DNA from: an uncultured Bacteroidota bacterium
Lineage (GTDB): Bacteria > Bacteroidota > Bacteroidia > Bacteroidales > GCA-2748055
Direction: 5' to 3'
Length of the DNA: 64,000 nt
Assembly: GCA_963713725.1 (NCBI GenBank)
Contig: CAVQMZ010000029.1
Location: forward strand, 100,369-164,368
Of the stretch, positions 20,880 through 30,241 are shown piece after piece (the stretch's first letter is position 1; every line of letters starts with the position of its first letter). The position numbers and the translations under genes were made by a program. The notes under the pieces were generated by a model that was given only the letters and a program-made list of their open reading frames with translations, was not told the origin of the DNA and ran no database searches.

Positions 20880-23800
20880 TTACTTTTTGACTATTTTTAT
20901 GCTTTGAGTATGCTCTTTGTAAGTAGTCTTTACTAGATACATCTCACATGGCAAATCTTTCATATCAAAAGAGCCCATCCCATTGCTGAGTATACCTGAC
21001 AATACCACCTGACCAAGGCTATTGATTATTTCAAGCTTTGCTGTTTCAGCCCCTTTCAGCTCAATATTTATGATATCATTCACAGGATTAGGATATATTT
21101 TCATACCCTCGTTTATTGTATTCTTAATATCGGATGGTAAAGGGATCAGGATCACAGATAGAACTGTATCCTTAGATAGAGCCAAGGATTCACTAATCCC
21201 GGTATAACCCTCTTTACTTAAGGTATAAGTGTATTCCCCTTCAGACAGATCCAGGGATATATTACCCTGCTCATCTGTAAGATAAACTGTATCGTTAATC
21301 GATATAGAAACAGCCTCCAGCTTCTCCATAGAAACTGAATCTTTCACTTGAAACTCGAGCGAATACATCTTTTTGCTCATCAGAATTGCCAGTGTAGTGT
21401 CTTTTGTAAGGCTCAGGCTTTGAGAAAGCATGCTATACTTATCATGACTTATTGTATAGGTATATTCTTCTTCCATTAGATCAATTGAAGCGAATCCCAG
21501 TTCATCGCTCCTGATAAGAGTGTCAGCAATTGCAAGATCCGCATCTTGAATCACTGTCAGGGTATTTGTATCCCTAAGCTCGAATGCAAGCGTAAATTTT
21601 TCTTTTGGTATTAATCTGATTGTAAGCGTGGTGTCTTGTGCTAAATCAATGACTTTTGATACCGAGTGGTAAGCATAAGCACTTAAAGCATAGTTATATG
21701 AGCCGGACGATAAGTCTACCGAAACTGCACCAGCTTCATTTGTTGCATATTGTAGATTATTTATGTCTACGATTACATCAGGCAGGTTTGCATTTGAACT
21801 TTCATCACTTACAATAAATGACAGCTCAATTGATGCATCATAGACCTCTACCTCAGCTAAACTTATAACACCTCCATCCAACTCAATTCTTACAATTTTT
21901 CCTCTTACGCCACCCGCATCAACAGTAACTGAAGGGTCGGGGTAGGAGGCGAAGAATTGAGAGAAAGTAGTATCCCCGCTACTATCCAAAATATAGACTG
22001 TAAAATTTGATAGTCGATCCTTACAACAGTCATCGGTTCTGCCAAAAATCTCTATTTGATCAATGTTGTATTCAGATAAAAGATCGACCTGCCACCAGGG
22101 AATAGCTTCCCCACCGGCAGTGTGAGTTGTTGATCCTGAATTATATATACCATCTGTATTTCCATCAATTGCACGTGATGCAACTCCGCCATAATCTGTT
22201 GAGGATTGGGTTGCTACGCCGTTTAAAGCAATATTCCTGCTATCCACTGCGCTTGGTATATGACATACCGTTGTGGTATTTATTGGATTAAAAACAGAAC
22301 ACTCAGCAGATGGAATAAGTGTTAATGTATCTGCCGAATTTGGACCATCAGAAGACGCTGTTTCAAATTTATAAGTATAAGTTGCAACAGAATCACCTTC
22401 AATATCTTGATTTACATTGTAGATAATCTCATACAAACCTGTTTCTGTATCATATTCCGTCTGCCAAAAATCCTTTCCATGATTCGATTGATCAACCAGA
22501 GTGCTTACACCATCATCTACACGCCATAGTTTGGGATCTTCAATATTGCTTAGTTTTGAGAATACAATGGGTACATATCCCACACCTCCGCTTACGGTAA
22601 CTTCTGCTTTATTATCTACAGCTTCGATGGTCAATGGGTATCCTTCATGTACTGCATTGGTGGCAGAGCTTGCTGTTATCGTATTCCCAACAGCTTCGCG
22701 ATGTACTAATTCCCACGAATTACCATAAGTTGTAAGCGCAGCTCTAAAATTCTCGTTTGGCCCATAGTAGACGTCCGCTACTTTTGGCAGAAGGCACACT
22801 TCAACCAGGAGTTCGATGGAATCACCTGCAGTAAATGAAGTAACACCAGGTGGCGGAACGATGCAATAGGATGTTGGGTTTTGCCCTGTACTGGCAGAAT
22901 AACCTGTAGAACTCACACGCTCTCTAAAATAAGGTGTATTGTTTGATTCTCCAGCAAAAGAAGCATTGTATGAACGAATTATCATCGAAGAATTTCCATG
23001 AATAGCCAAGCCGGCAAAATCTCTTGTATATATGCCATCTCCCGCCCATATCCAGGGGGTTTTCCCTGATAAAGCAATAGGGTCTGTTGTATAATCATTA
23101 ATGGTCGAATTTGTGGGTGTAAACTGCCCTGCAACTCCTGCACTATCGCCATAAACAAGGTCCTGAGCTTTGAAAAGATTATAATTATCGCTCCCTAATT
23201 GAAAAATATCAAATCTACTAAATGCGACATCTTTTAGCGCTTTGACCTTAACTTTATAGTATACCCTTAAATAATCGTCGGATCTTTGAAGCTGAAATGT
23301 ATAATCCATTTTCAGCGCGTTGTCGGAGGAGTATGTGCCAATTTTCGTTTCTGTCAGGTTTGGACCATACTTTACAAACCTTGTTTTTACCTGAGACTGG
23401 TAAATGCGCGAACCACTTCCATTATCATATCTAAACAGATCCAGGCCCCCTAAATTACCAGTCCAGCCATACTCACTCGATTCAAGCCCGTAGTATTTAT
23501 TGGTAACTAAAAATGGTCTGTAATCACAGACATTGGTATTTCCATATTCATAATCAGGTGAATGAGTTACACTTTCCCCAAACGATCCTAATGCTGCCTG
23601 AAGCCATCCTCCGCGAGGCACTCCTGCACCAACCACACTTAGCTGATGCGATGAGGCAGCATACACATTTCCCCACAATGCCCCTACACGAGTATAATCA
23701 AATTTTAATGTTGTGTTGGCAGGGATAATTAGTTCCGTGTATTCCTTTGAATAGGCGTTTGGGATTGCCGCGTATAACAATGAATTTGTTTTATGCCAGT

Positions 23801-24944
23801 TTTTCGAAATTTGTAATGGGATACCTGAAGGATCTCCATTTGAGTTTCTAATCATTGATGTAAACCCTGTTACGTTTTTATGCGAATTATCGTAAAAGCA
23901 TAGCCGCACTCTCTTGCTCTCCGGCTCGTTATTTTCTATTTCAATATTAATATTCTGTAATATACCAGTGTTATCCTCGTTGTTATTTCCCATATTATAA
24001 CTCGGAACATCAATAAAATATACCCCCTCGTCTTTCGAGAAGCTTACCGGCGCTGATGATGTTTGATCAGGTAATGTTTGCGAGCTTGTAATGCTAAGGT
24101 TTTGACCATCATCCGCCGTGTTTGCATACCTGGTACAGAAATTATCTTTTACAGCATAAAAAATCAGACTGAGTGTGTATTGTGTGTCAGCCTGAAGTGT
24201 TTTAGCAGATGTTGTTACTGTAATGGTATTTCCACATACAGCAATAGAATCGGCTGTAATACCACCTTTTACGGCAAAACCCTTACCTTCTTTGCCTGTG
24301 GCGAAGCCATAAACACCATCTGAATAGAATACCTCACTAAAAGCATCAGGCATGTCTACTATGAGCTGCATCTGTCCATCGGTGATTTTTTCTCTCAGTT
24401 TTAGCTGAAATGCAATTCGAAACCTATTGTGCCAGTTTGTAAATTCAACCCCGGTATAGGAGCCATATACCGATGCACTGTTGGTGAAGTTCAGGCTATC
24501 TAACACACGGCGATTACACCAGGTACCATAATCTGCCATTTGGGAAATTTGCCCTCCTTGTCGGGTAGGAGCCGATGCACTCAGCTCATTAAATACAGAC
24601 CCGTCTTTTAAAATTTTAACCTCTATATCCCCAGCTTGTGTTGTACTAAATGTTGCAGCATTTGATTCCTCAAAGCCTCTCGATGGGCTGATTTCGCCTG
24701 AATTAATATTGAGACTGGCAATACTGAGTCCCGTGTAATTAATACTTAGCTTATAAGAACTGGTTTGATTTGTAAATTTGCGGGTTGAAATACCAGCTGT
24801 TTTCCAGTTTGAATCCCAGTAGGTATAATTGTAAGTGTTCTTTGCATTGTTATAAGATTCATAGCCTATAGCATCCACTACTGCTTGACCATAGGAAGTA
24901 ATGTAAATAAGGATCACTAAGAAACTTGCCAGTACTTTTTTCAT
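20880..24944 (-). CDS. 1354-aa T9SS-sorted modular protein. Signal peptide, ~870-aa region with no motif I recognise, F-type-lectin/discoidin-like domain, three ~85-aa beta-sandwich repeats, T9SS C-terminal domain.
   Basis: Single intact ORF. The C-terminus KIYPNPVNDIINIEL...MYLVKTTYKEHTQSIKIVKK is a typical Por/T9SS sorting domain. Three tandem repeats share the pattern ...D..G.....L..G.Y.Y.....Y......L.L..DT.L.I.L. The lectin-like domain is listed separately below. Confidence 0.7.
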   Translation of the reverse strand: MKKVLASFLVILIYITSYGQAVVDAIGYESYNNAKNTYNYTYWDSNWKTAGISTRKFTNQTSSYKLSINYTGLSIASLNINSGEISPSRGFEESNAATFSTTQAGDIEVKILKDGSVFNELSASAPTRQGGQISQMADYGTWCNRRVLDSLNFTNSASVYGSYTGVEFTNWHNRFRIAFQLKLREKITDGQMQLIVDMPDAFSEVFYSDGVYGFATGKEGKGFAVKGGITADSIAVCGNTITVTTSAKTLQADTQYTLSLIFYAVKDNFCTRYANTADDGQNLSITSSQTLPDQTSSAPVSFSKDEGVYFIDVPSYNMGNNNEDNTGILQNINIEIENNEPESKRVRLCFYDNSHKNVTGFTSMIRNSNGDPSGIPLQISKNWHKTNSLLYAAIPNAYSKEYTELIIPANTTLKFDYTRVGALWGNVYAASSHQLSVVGAGVPRGGWLQAALGSFGESVTHSPDYEYGNTNVCDYRPFLVTNKYYGLESSEYGWTGNLGGLDLFRYDNGSGSRIYQSQVKTRFVKYGPNLTETKIGTYSSDNALKMDYTFQLQRSDDYLRVYYKVKVKALKDVAFSRFDIFQLGSDNYNLFKAQDLVYGDSAGVAGQFTPTNSTINDYTTDPIALSGKTPWIWAGDGIYTRDFAGLAIHGNSSMIIRSYNASFAGESNNTPYFRERVSSTGYSASTGQNPTSYCIVPPPGVTSFTAGDSIELLVEVCLLPKVADVYYGPNENFRAALTTYGNSWELVHREAVGNTITASSATNAVHEGYPLTIEAVDNKAEVTVSGGVGYVPIVFSKLSNIEDPKLWRVDDGVSTLVDQSNHGKDFWQTEYDTETGLYEIIYNVNQDIEGDSVATYTYKFETASSDGPNSADTLTLIPSAECSVFNPINTTTVCHIPSAVDSRNIALNGVATQSSTDYGGVASRAIDGNTDGIYNSGSTTHTAGGEAIPWWQVDLLSEYNIDQIEIFGRTDDCCKDRLSNFTVYILDSSGDTTFSQFFASYPDPSVTVDAGGVRGKIVRIELDGGVISLAEVEVYDASIELSFIVSDESSNANLPDVIVDINNLQYATNEAGAVSVDLSSGSYNYALSAYAYHSVSKVIDLAQDTTLTIRLIPKEKFTLAFELRDTNTLTVIQDADLAIADTLIRSDELGFASIDLMEEEYTYTISHDKYSMLSQSLSLTKDTTLAILMSKKMYSLEFQVKDSVSMEKLEAVSISINDTVYLTDEQGNISLDLSEGEYTYTLSKEGYTGISESLALSKDTVLSVILIPLPSDIKNTINEGMKIYPNPVNDIINIELKGAETAKLEIINSLGQVVLSGILSNGMGSFDMKDLPCEMYLVKTTYKEHTQSIKIVKK
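21838..22235 (-). other. F-type lectin / F5/8-type-C (CBM47-like) putative fucose-binding domain inside the 1354-aa protein.
   Basis: NIALNGVATQSSTDYGGVASRAIDGNTDG...STTHTAGGEAIPWWQVDLLSEYNIDQIEIFGRTDDCCKDRLSNFTVYI...ISLAEVEVY. The ATQSS, AIDGN, HT..., PWWQVDL and R.DCC..RL strings are characteristic of F-type (fucolectin) domains, as I recall them. Confidence 0.6.
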
Positions 24945-24954
24945 AGCTATGCCC

Positions 24955-25755
24955 TCTAATTATCTTCCGTGTCAAATATAACAGCACATACACTTTGAGC
25001 TGGTAATTCTACCGCGTATACTTTTCCTTCCTCATTTAAGACCATATTCCAGTAACAGTAATTATCAAGACCTCCATTTAACCATTGGGCTACCTCACTA
25101 AAACGTCCACGCGCTTGTTGAATATTGTTTTGGCCATCATAACATTCATTGTATCGCCAGGTAAGCCGCCATCCATCTTTCCGGATACTTTCATCCAGCC
25201 CGGGGGACTCCAGGGTGAAGCGAAAATCTGCAGGTCTTTATTCTCTGCTTTGGCAGCCCGCATGAAAGGAAGCACTGATCTGGTATCCCTGTCAACTGAA
25301 AAATGTCTCATTTCATAATCATCCGGCACCTCGCTGTAGCTGTATGCACTTAAACCAAAATCAGATGATCCGACAGCCGTGCGACACATCGAAAATCCGG
25401 ATCCATTAACCGGGCTGAATAAGGCCTCAGCTAAGCTCTTCTGGTCTGTTTCAGACAAATACATAAAAGCATCTCCACCTTGTTCGTTAAAAGCGCCACC
25501 TATTCCACTTAAATTTGGATGAATAATAGTGTTTAAATCAACAATTATCGCGTCATCCTTACCTGAGGCTTTTTTCAGCTTTATGGTTTCTGTAATCACA
25601 GGTTGCGCCGTAATTTTGGCATTGTCAGATAAATCAACATAACTCAGTTGAGCATTCTTGTATGAAGGTTTTGATTCAGCGACACCTTTCGTGTGCACGG
25701 AAACGCAAGCTAAAAATGTAAGGACTATTGATAATTTTAGAAATCCCTTTTTCAT
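24955..25755 (-). pseudogene. GH30-like glycosidase remnant. The N-terminal ~200 aa are joined to short C-terminal pieces, and the catalytic core is missing.
   Basis: ORF 25090..25755 has a signal peptide, IGGAFNEQGGDAF, CRTAVGSSDFGLSAYSYSE and QIFASPWSPPGWMKVSGKMDGG (GH30-type N-terminal and early-barrel motifs). After a frame switch the rest reads ...QARGRFSEVAQWLNGGLDNYCYWNMVLNEEGKVYAVELPAQSVCAVIFDTEDN* (stop 24955..24957). The total is ~265 aa versus ~480-500 expected for GH30. Confidence 0.5.
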
Positions 25756-25844
25756 AAGGCTTTATTATTGTTTTGTTATTTTAGAAAAATAGCTTCTTCA
25801 TTTAATAGTTTAACGGGGACTTTTCACTTCTGTAAACATATCCC

Positions 25845-25876
25845 AAAAAGCCCGATTCTCATTGTTGAAATCGGGC
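25845..25876 (-). terminator. Rho-independent terminator candidate downstream of the HTCS gene.
   Basis: On the minus strand, GCCCGATT (25876..25869), an 11-nt loop and AATCGGGC (25857..25850) are followed by TTTTT (25849..25845). It sits 30 nt after the HTCS stop codon (25906..25908). Confidence 0.55.
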
Positions 25877-25905
25877 AATTCCTTGCTGGAAACGGGAGTG
25901 CGGAT

Positions 25906-28900
25906 CTAGGAGAATTCGGATGGGGAGTAACCGAATTTCTTTTTGAATGCATGACTGAAATGTGAAGCAGATTCAATGCCCACTTCATACATAACGCTTT
26001 TCACGCTGATGCCAGGATTCCCGGCCAGGAGGTCTGCAGCTGCCTGCAGACGATAATTTCTAAGGTAGGCATTGGGAATTTGGCCTGTCAGTAGTTTTAG
26101 CTTCCGGTAGAGCTGGGAGGTGCTCAGGTTTACCTCAGCAGCAAGTTCCTCCACACCAAAGGATGAATCGTCCAGGTTGTCCTGAATGGCTTTGTTCACC
26201 ATCTCGATGAAATCGGTATCGATTCCGGATATCTGGACATCGGCGGGAAGGGAACTGGATTGGTTAAAATGAGCCTTAAGTTTTTCCCGGTTCTCAATCA
26301 GATTCTGAACTGTTACTTCCAGGTACTTCAGATTAAATGGTTTTGACATATAGGAATCAGCACCATGCACCATGCCCTGGATATGGCTATCGATTTCTTC
26401 CAGTGCAGTAAGAAGGATGAAGGGGATATGGCATAATTGAATGTCTGTTTTGACTTTTTTGCAAAACTCGTATCCGTTAAGGCCGGGCATCATTACGTCA
26501 CTGATAATGATATCCACCTCGCCGGTGGCGGCAATTTCCAGCGCATCCGTTCCGTTTGCTGCTTCAATGATCCGGTATTTCTTTTGAAGTACATTTTTGA
26601 TAATACTTCTGAATTCACTCTCATCGTCAGCAACCAGTACTGTGTTTTTATTATTATTGGCCGGGTTTTTTCCCTGGCTGACGTCATAGCTTATATTGTC
26701 GTGTTCCAGCATTTCGCTGGCATTGAGCCTTCGGATGTCTGTTTTGCTGAAGAGCTCCGAATAGGATTCATCCAGCGGGATACTGACCGAAAAACAGGTC
26801 CTTTCTCCGGGAGTGCTTTCTACCTTTATCTTACCTTTGTGGAGGTCAACGATGGATTTAGCGTAAGACAGCCCTATGCCTGTCCCCATATTTCTTAATT
26901 CTGACCCTGATTGATAGAAGCGTTCAAAAATCTTGTTCAGGTCATCCATTTTAATTCCCGCCCCGGTATCCGACACATCGAAACAGGCGTGTTTTTTTCC
27001 TTCAATTTCGCGTATGCTACCCTCCAGCCGGACTGTTCCATTGGGGGGTGTGAACTTGAATGCATTTGAAAGAAGATTGAACAATACCTGTTCCATTTTC
27101 TCAAGGTCCAGGTTTATTTTGAAACCAGGATCGTATACCTGGTAGTAAAACTGAATCCCTTTCTTCACGGAAAGTGATTCAAAGGCATCGGCAACCGGGT
27201 AAATAAAACCATCCAGGGAGGTCTGGGAGATTTTTAGTTCAAGTCCCGCCTGCTCTATTCTTCTGAAAGTGAGCAATTGATCTATGAGTCGAATCAGTCG
27301 GTTGCTGTTCTTCTCTATCATTTTCACATACTCCTTTTCCTCATCACCATGGACAAGCTCCTGTAGTTTCTGCAGCGGTATTGAAATTAGTGAGAGGGGG
27401 GTTTTAAATTCATGGGAAATGTTTGTAAAGAAGCGAAGCTTTGACTGGTTAACTTCCTCGATCCTTTCTTTGTCCAATTGTTCGAAATGTAGTTTGTTCT
27501 GGAGGTTTTTAAGTTTGATCATATAAATGGAAACGCCAGAGATCAGTGCCAGGGCCAGAACAAAGAAGAGGATTTTGCTGATAGTCCTTGCAAACCAGGG
27601 GGCCATCATGGTGATTTGAAGGGAGGCCTCACTTTCCGAGATAATGCCATCGCAGTTATATCCCCTGACCCTGAATGTATAATCACCGGGTGTCAGGTTT
27701 GTATAGGTGGGGGAAAAGGATCCCTGATTAACATGGATCCACTCCTTGTCGAATCCTTCAAGTATATAAGATATACGGTTCTTTTCCGGAATGGCAGTAT
27801 GGTAGGCGGTTACTTCAATGGAAACGGTCCTGTCGTCCCTGTAAAGGATCAACTCTTCAACTTCAGAAATGTCCTTGTCAAGAATGGTTCTGCCCCCCAC
27901 TTTATCACCCACAGAAACGATTTTATTATTGATTTTAAGATTCGTAAGACGAACATCAGGAGGGATTAAATTTGCACTGATCTGGCCTGGTTTAAAGATG
28001 GTTAAGCCATTTAATCCCCCGAAAAAGTAGTATCCGGAATTGCCCTTATGGTATGCGCTCTGCCTGAAGTTATTGCCAGGGAGCCCATCGTGGATATTAT
28101 AGTTCGTGGTTTTGAATGTCCGTGTATTCAAAACGGATATTCCCATATCCGTTCCGCACCAGAGCGTGGAATCATTCTCTATAATAATCCCGTAAATGGC
28201 ATTGTCCGACAGTCCGATTGTATCCTGGAGTCGTTCAAATTCACGCTCACTGCTTCCCGGGATATCCTTCAGCCTGTTCAATCCGCCGCCAAATGTCCCG
28301 ATCCACAGGCTCTGATTATCGTCCTTCTTCAGACTGAATATTGCATTATTGCTGATGCTGCTTTCATCACTTTCAATATGTTCATGGTGCTCAACCAGAT
28401 GCAGGGAACCTCCCTCCATGCTGAATCTGGATAATCCATGGTTATTGAAACCGACCCAGATTTCCTCGGGGCTCTGCACATTCATGGCCACAATATACCG
28501 GGGATCATCAAAGGAGTAGGAGGACTGGACAGGTATTTTTACTTTCCTGCCTGATCCAAGGTAGCTCCAGGGATCCTCCAGGACAATGATCCGGGATCCG
28601 GCCATCATGATTTTATCCTGATCAATTGGAGCAACATTTCGTATGCTCTCGACGGGTAATTTCTGTCCATTTAATTCAAACTCCACCCGGGTAAAGGATG
28701 CATTTCCCTTGTTATATACTACAATACCATCGAATTCATAGCCCAGCCAGATATTATCGTGTTTGTCCTCATAAAGGGAGAAAATGTTTTTGTCAGGGAA
28801 GATGTCGAACCATTGATCAAAACGGTCAAATTTAAGATCGGACAGGCATTTTATCGTTAATGGGTTCGGTGCTCCGGCAAAGGGGTTGATTATAGGTAGA

Positions 28901-30056
28901 AACCCATAAATAACCCTCACTGTCCTCCAGCACACAATTAATCAGGTTTCCGGGGATGGTCTGTTCATCATAGGGATGGTTCACAAAGTTGGTGAATTGT
29001 TTCTGATTCAGATCCAGTTTACAAAGCCCTGCCTGGGCAGTCCCTATCCAGAGCACGTTGAAGTTATCCTCATACAGGCAATTAATCATATTTCCACTCA
29101 GCCCTCCGCTCTTCCTTGGATCATGGCTGAAATTTGAGAATGTGTCCGCGTCCTTATTATACAGAAGCAGCCCTCCACGCCAGGTTCCGACCCAGATCCT
29201 GTCCTCATTGTCCGCGAGTGATATCAGTAATGTGATTTAAAGCGAGGAGAGATTCGGATCTGGCTCATCCTGGAAGTATTCACTTATTACGATAAGTTTA
29301 TCTCCATCCGTTGTGGTTTTATACAACCCTGCTCTGGGTACCCACCCAGATCATATTATTATGCTTTTTCAGGCAGCTTACAGACTCTTTGATTAAGACC
29401 TCAGCTTCAATTTTCAGGTTCTTCAGGCTTTCTCCCACCGACATTTTAAAAAGACCGGTACTGGTGGCCAGAAGATAACGCCCTTCACCTAACTCCAGGA
29501 GGTCAGTGATATTTAACTCAGAATTTGTGCCCTTCAGCAGGTTGGGTGACCAGAAAGTAATGATGCTGTCTTTATCTGTTTTGGTGCTCACATTGGACAG
29601 GAAATTATCTCCCACCACCCACATGGAACCGTTTGTATCTTCAATGGTCCTGTAAAGTAAACCAAGGGAATCGGATGTGACCTTTATAAATTCCTCCTTA
29701 TCCGGTGAGTAAAGATTTAACCCGCTGCTGGTAACGATCCAGACCAGCCCCTCCCGATCCGAGACGATACTTGTAATGGGGCCGTGATAGACATCCGACT
29801 GGAATTTACTTTCCCAGCTGATATTTTGAAAAGAGTAACCATTATACCTGATTAGTCCATTCGAAGTACCAATCCATATGGTTCCTGTCTTATCCTGATC
29901 AATGGATTTTACGGTATTTTGATTAAATCCCTCGCTGTTGGAAAAGGTGACAAATTGATATGTATTCTCTGCCTGACCGTAAAGCTGTGTCAGGCTAAAA
30001 AGCATGGCCAGGGCCAGGGGAATTATTAAAAAGGAATTACCGCGTTTCATCACCAT
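25906..30056 (-). CDS. Hybrid two-component system sensor kinase / response regulator with an AraC-type HTH (HTCS, ~1380 aa). At least 3 frame breaks in the periplasmic sensor region.
   Basis: Fragments are 29319..30110 (signal/TM, beta-propeller repeats TGTIWIGTSNGLIRYN), 28832..29089 and 25906..28935. The last carries a Y_Y_Y-like TNLTPGDYTFRVRGYN, a TM segment, HisKA FFTNISHEFKTPLSL, HATPase DTGAGI...GTGIGLS, receiver VLVADDE...IISDVMMPGLNGYEF and HTH_AraC ...ESASHFSHAFKKKFGYSPSEF. Confidence 0.85.
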
Positions 30057-30241
30057 TCTGTCTCTGCGTGCAAGATAAACAATATTGATAAATACCAGGC
30101 ACCTTTCCAAAGCTCAAACATAGAATGCCGGCCTGTCTTTCTGTTGCTCAAATGTTGCATTCCTTTGTTCGTTTTTGTAAACCTTGACAATGGGACATGA
30201 GTTTTTCTTACATTGTATTTACCCGAAAAATCCGTGAACAC

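Noticed and set aside
21140-21830. The three beta-sandwich repeats in the 1354-aa protein, considered as a DNA-level tandem repeat or hypervariable array.
   Set aside because: The repeats are recognisable only at protein-pattern level. The nucleotide sequences are well diverged, so this is an ancient domain triplication and not an unstable tandem repeat.
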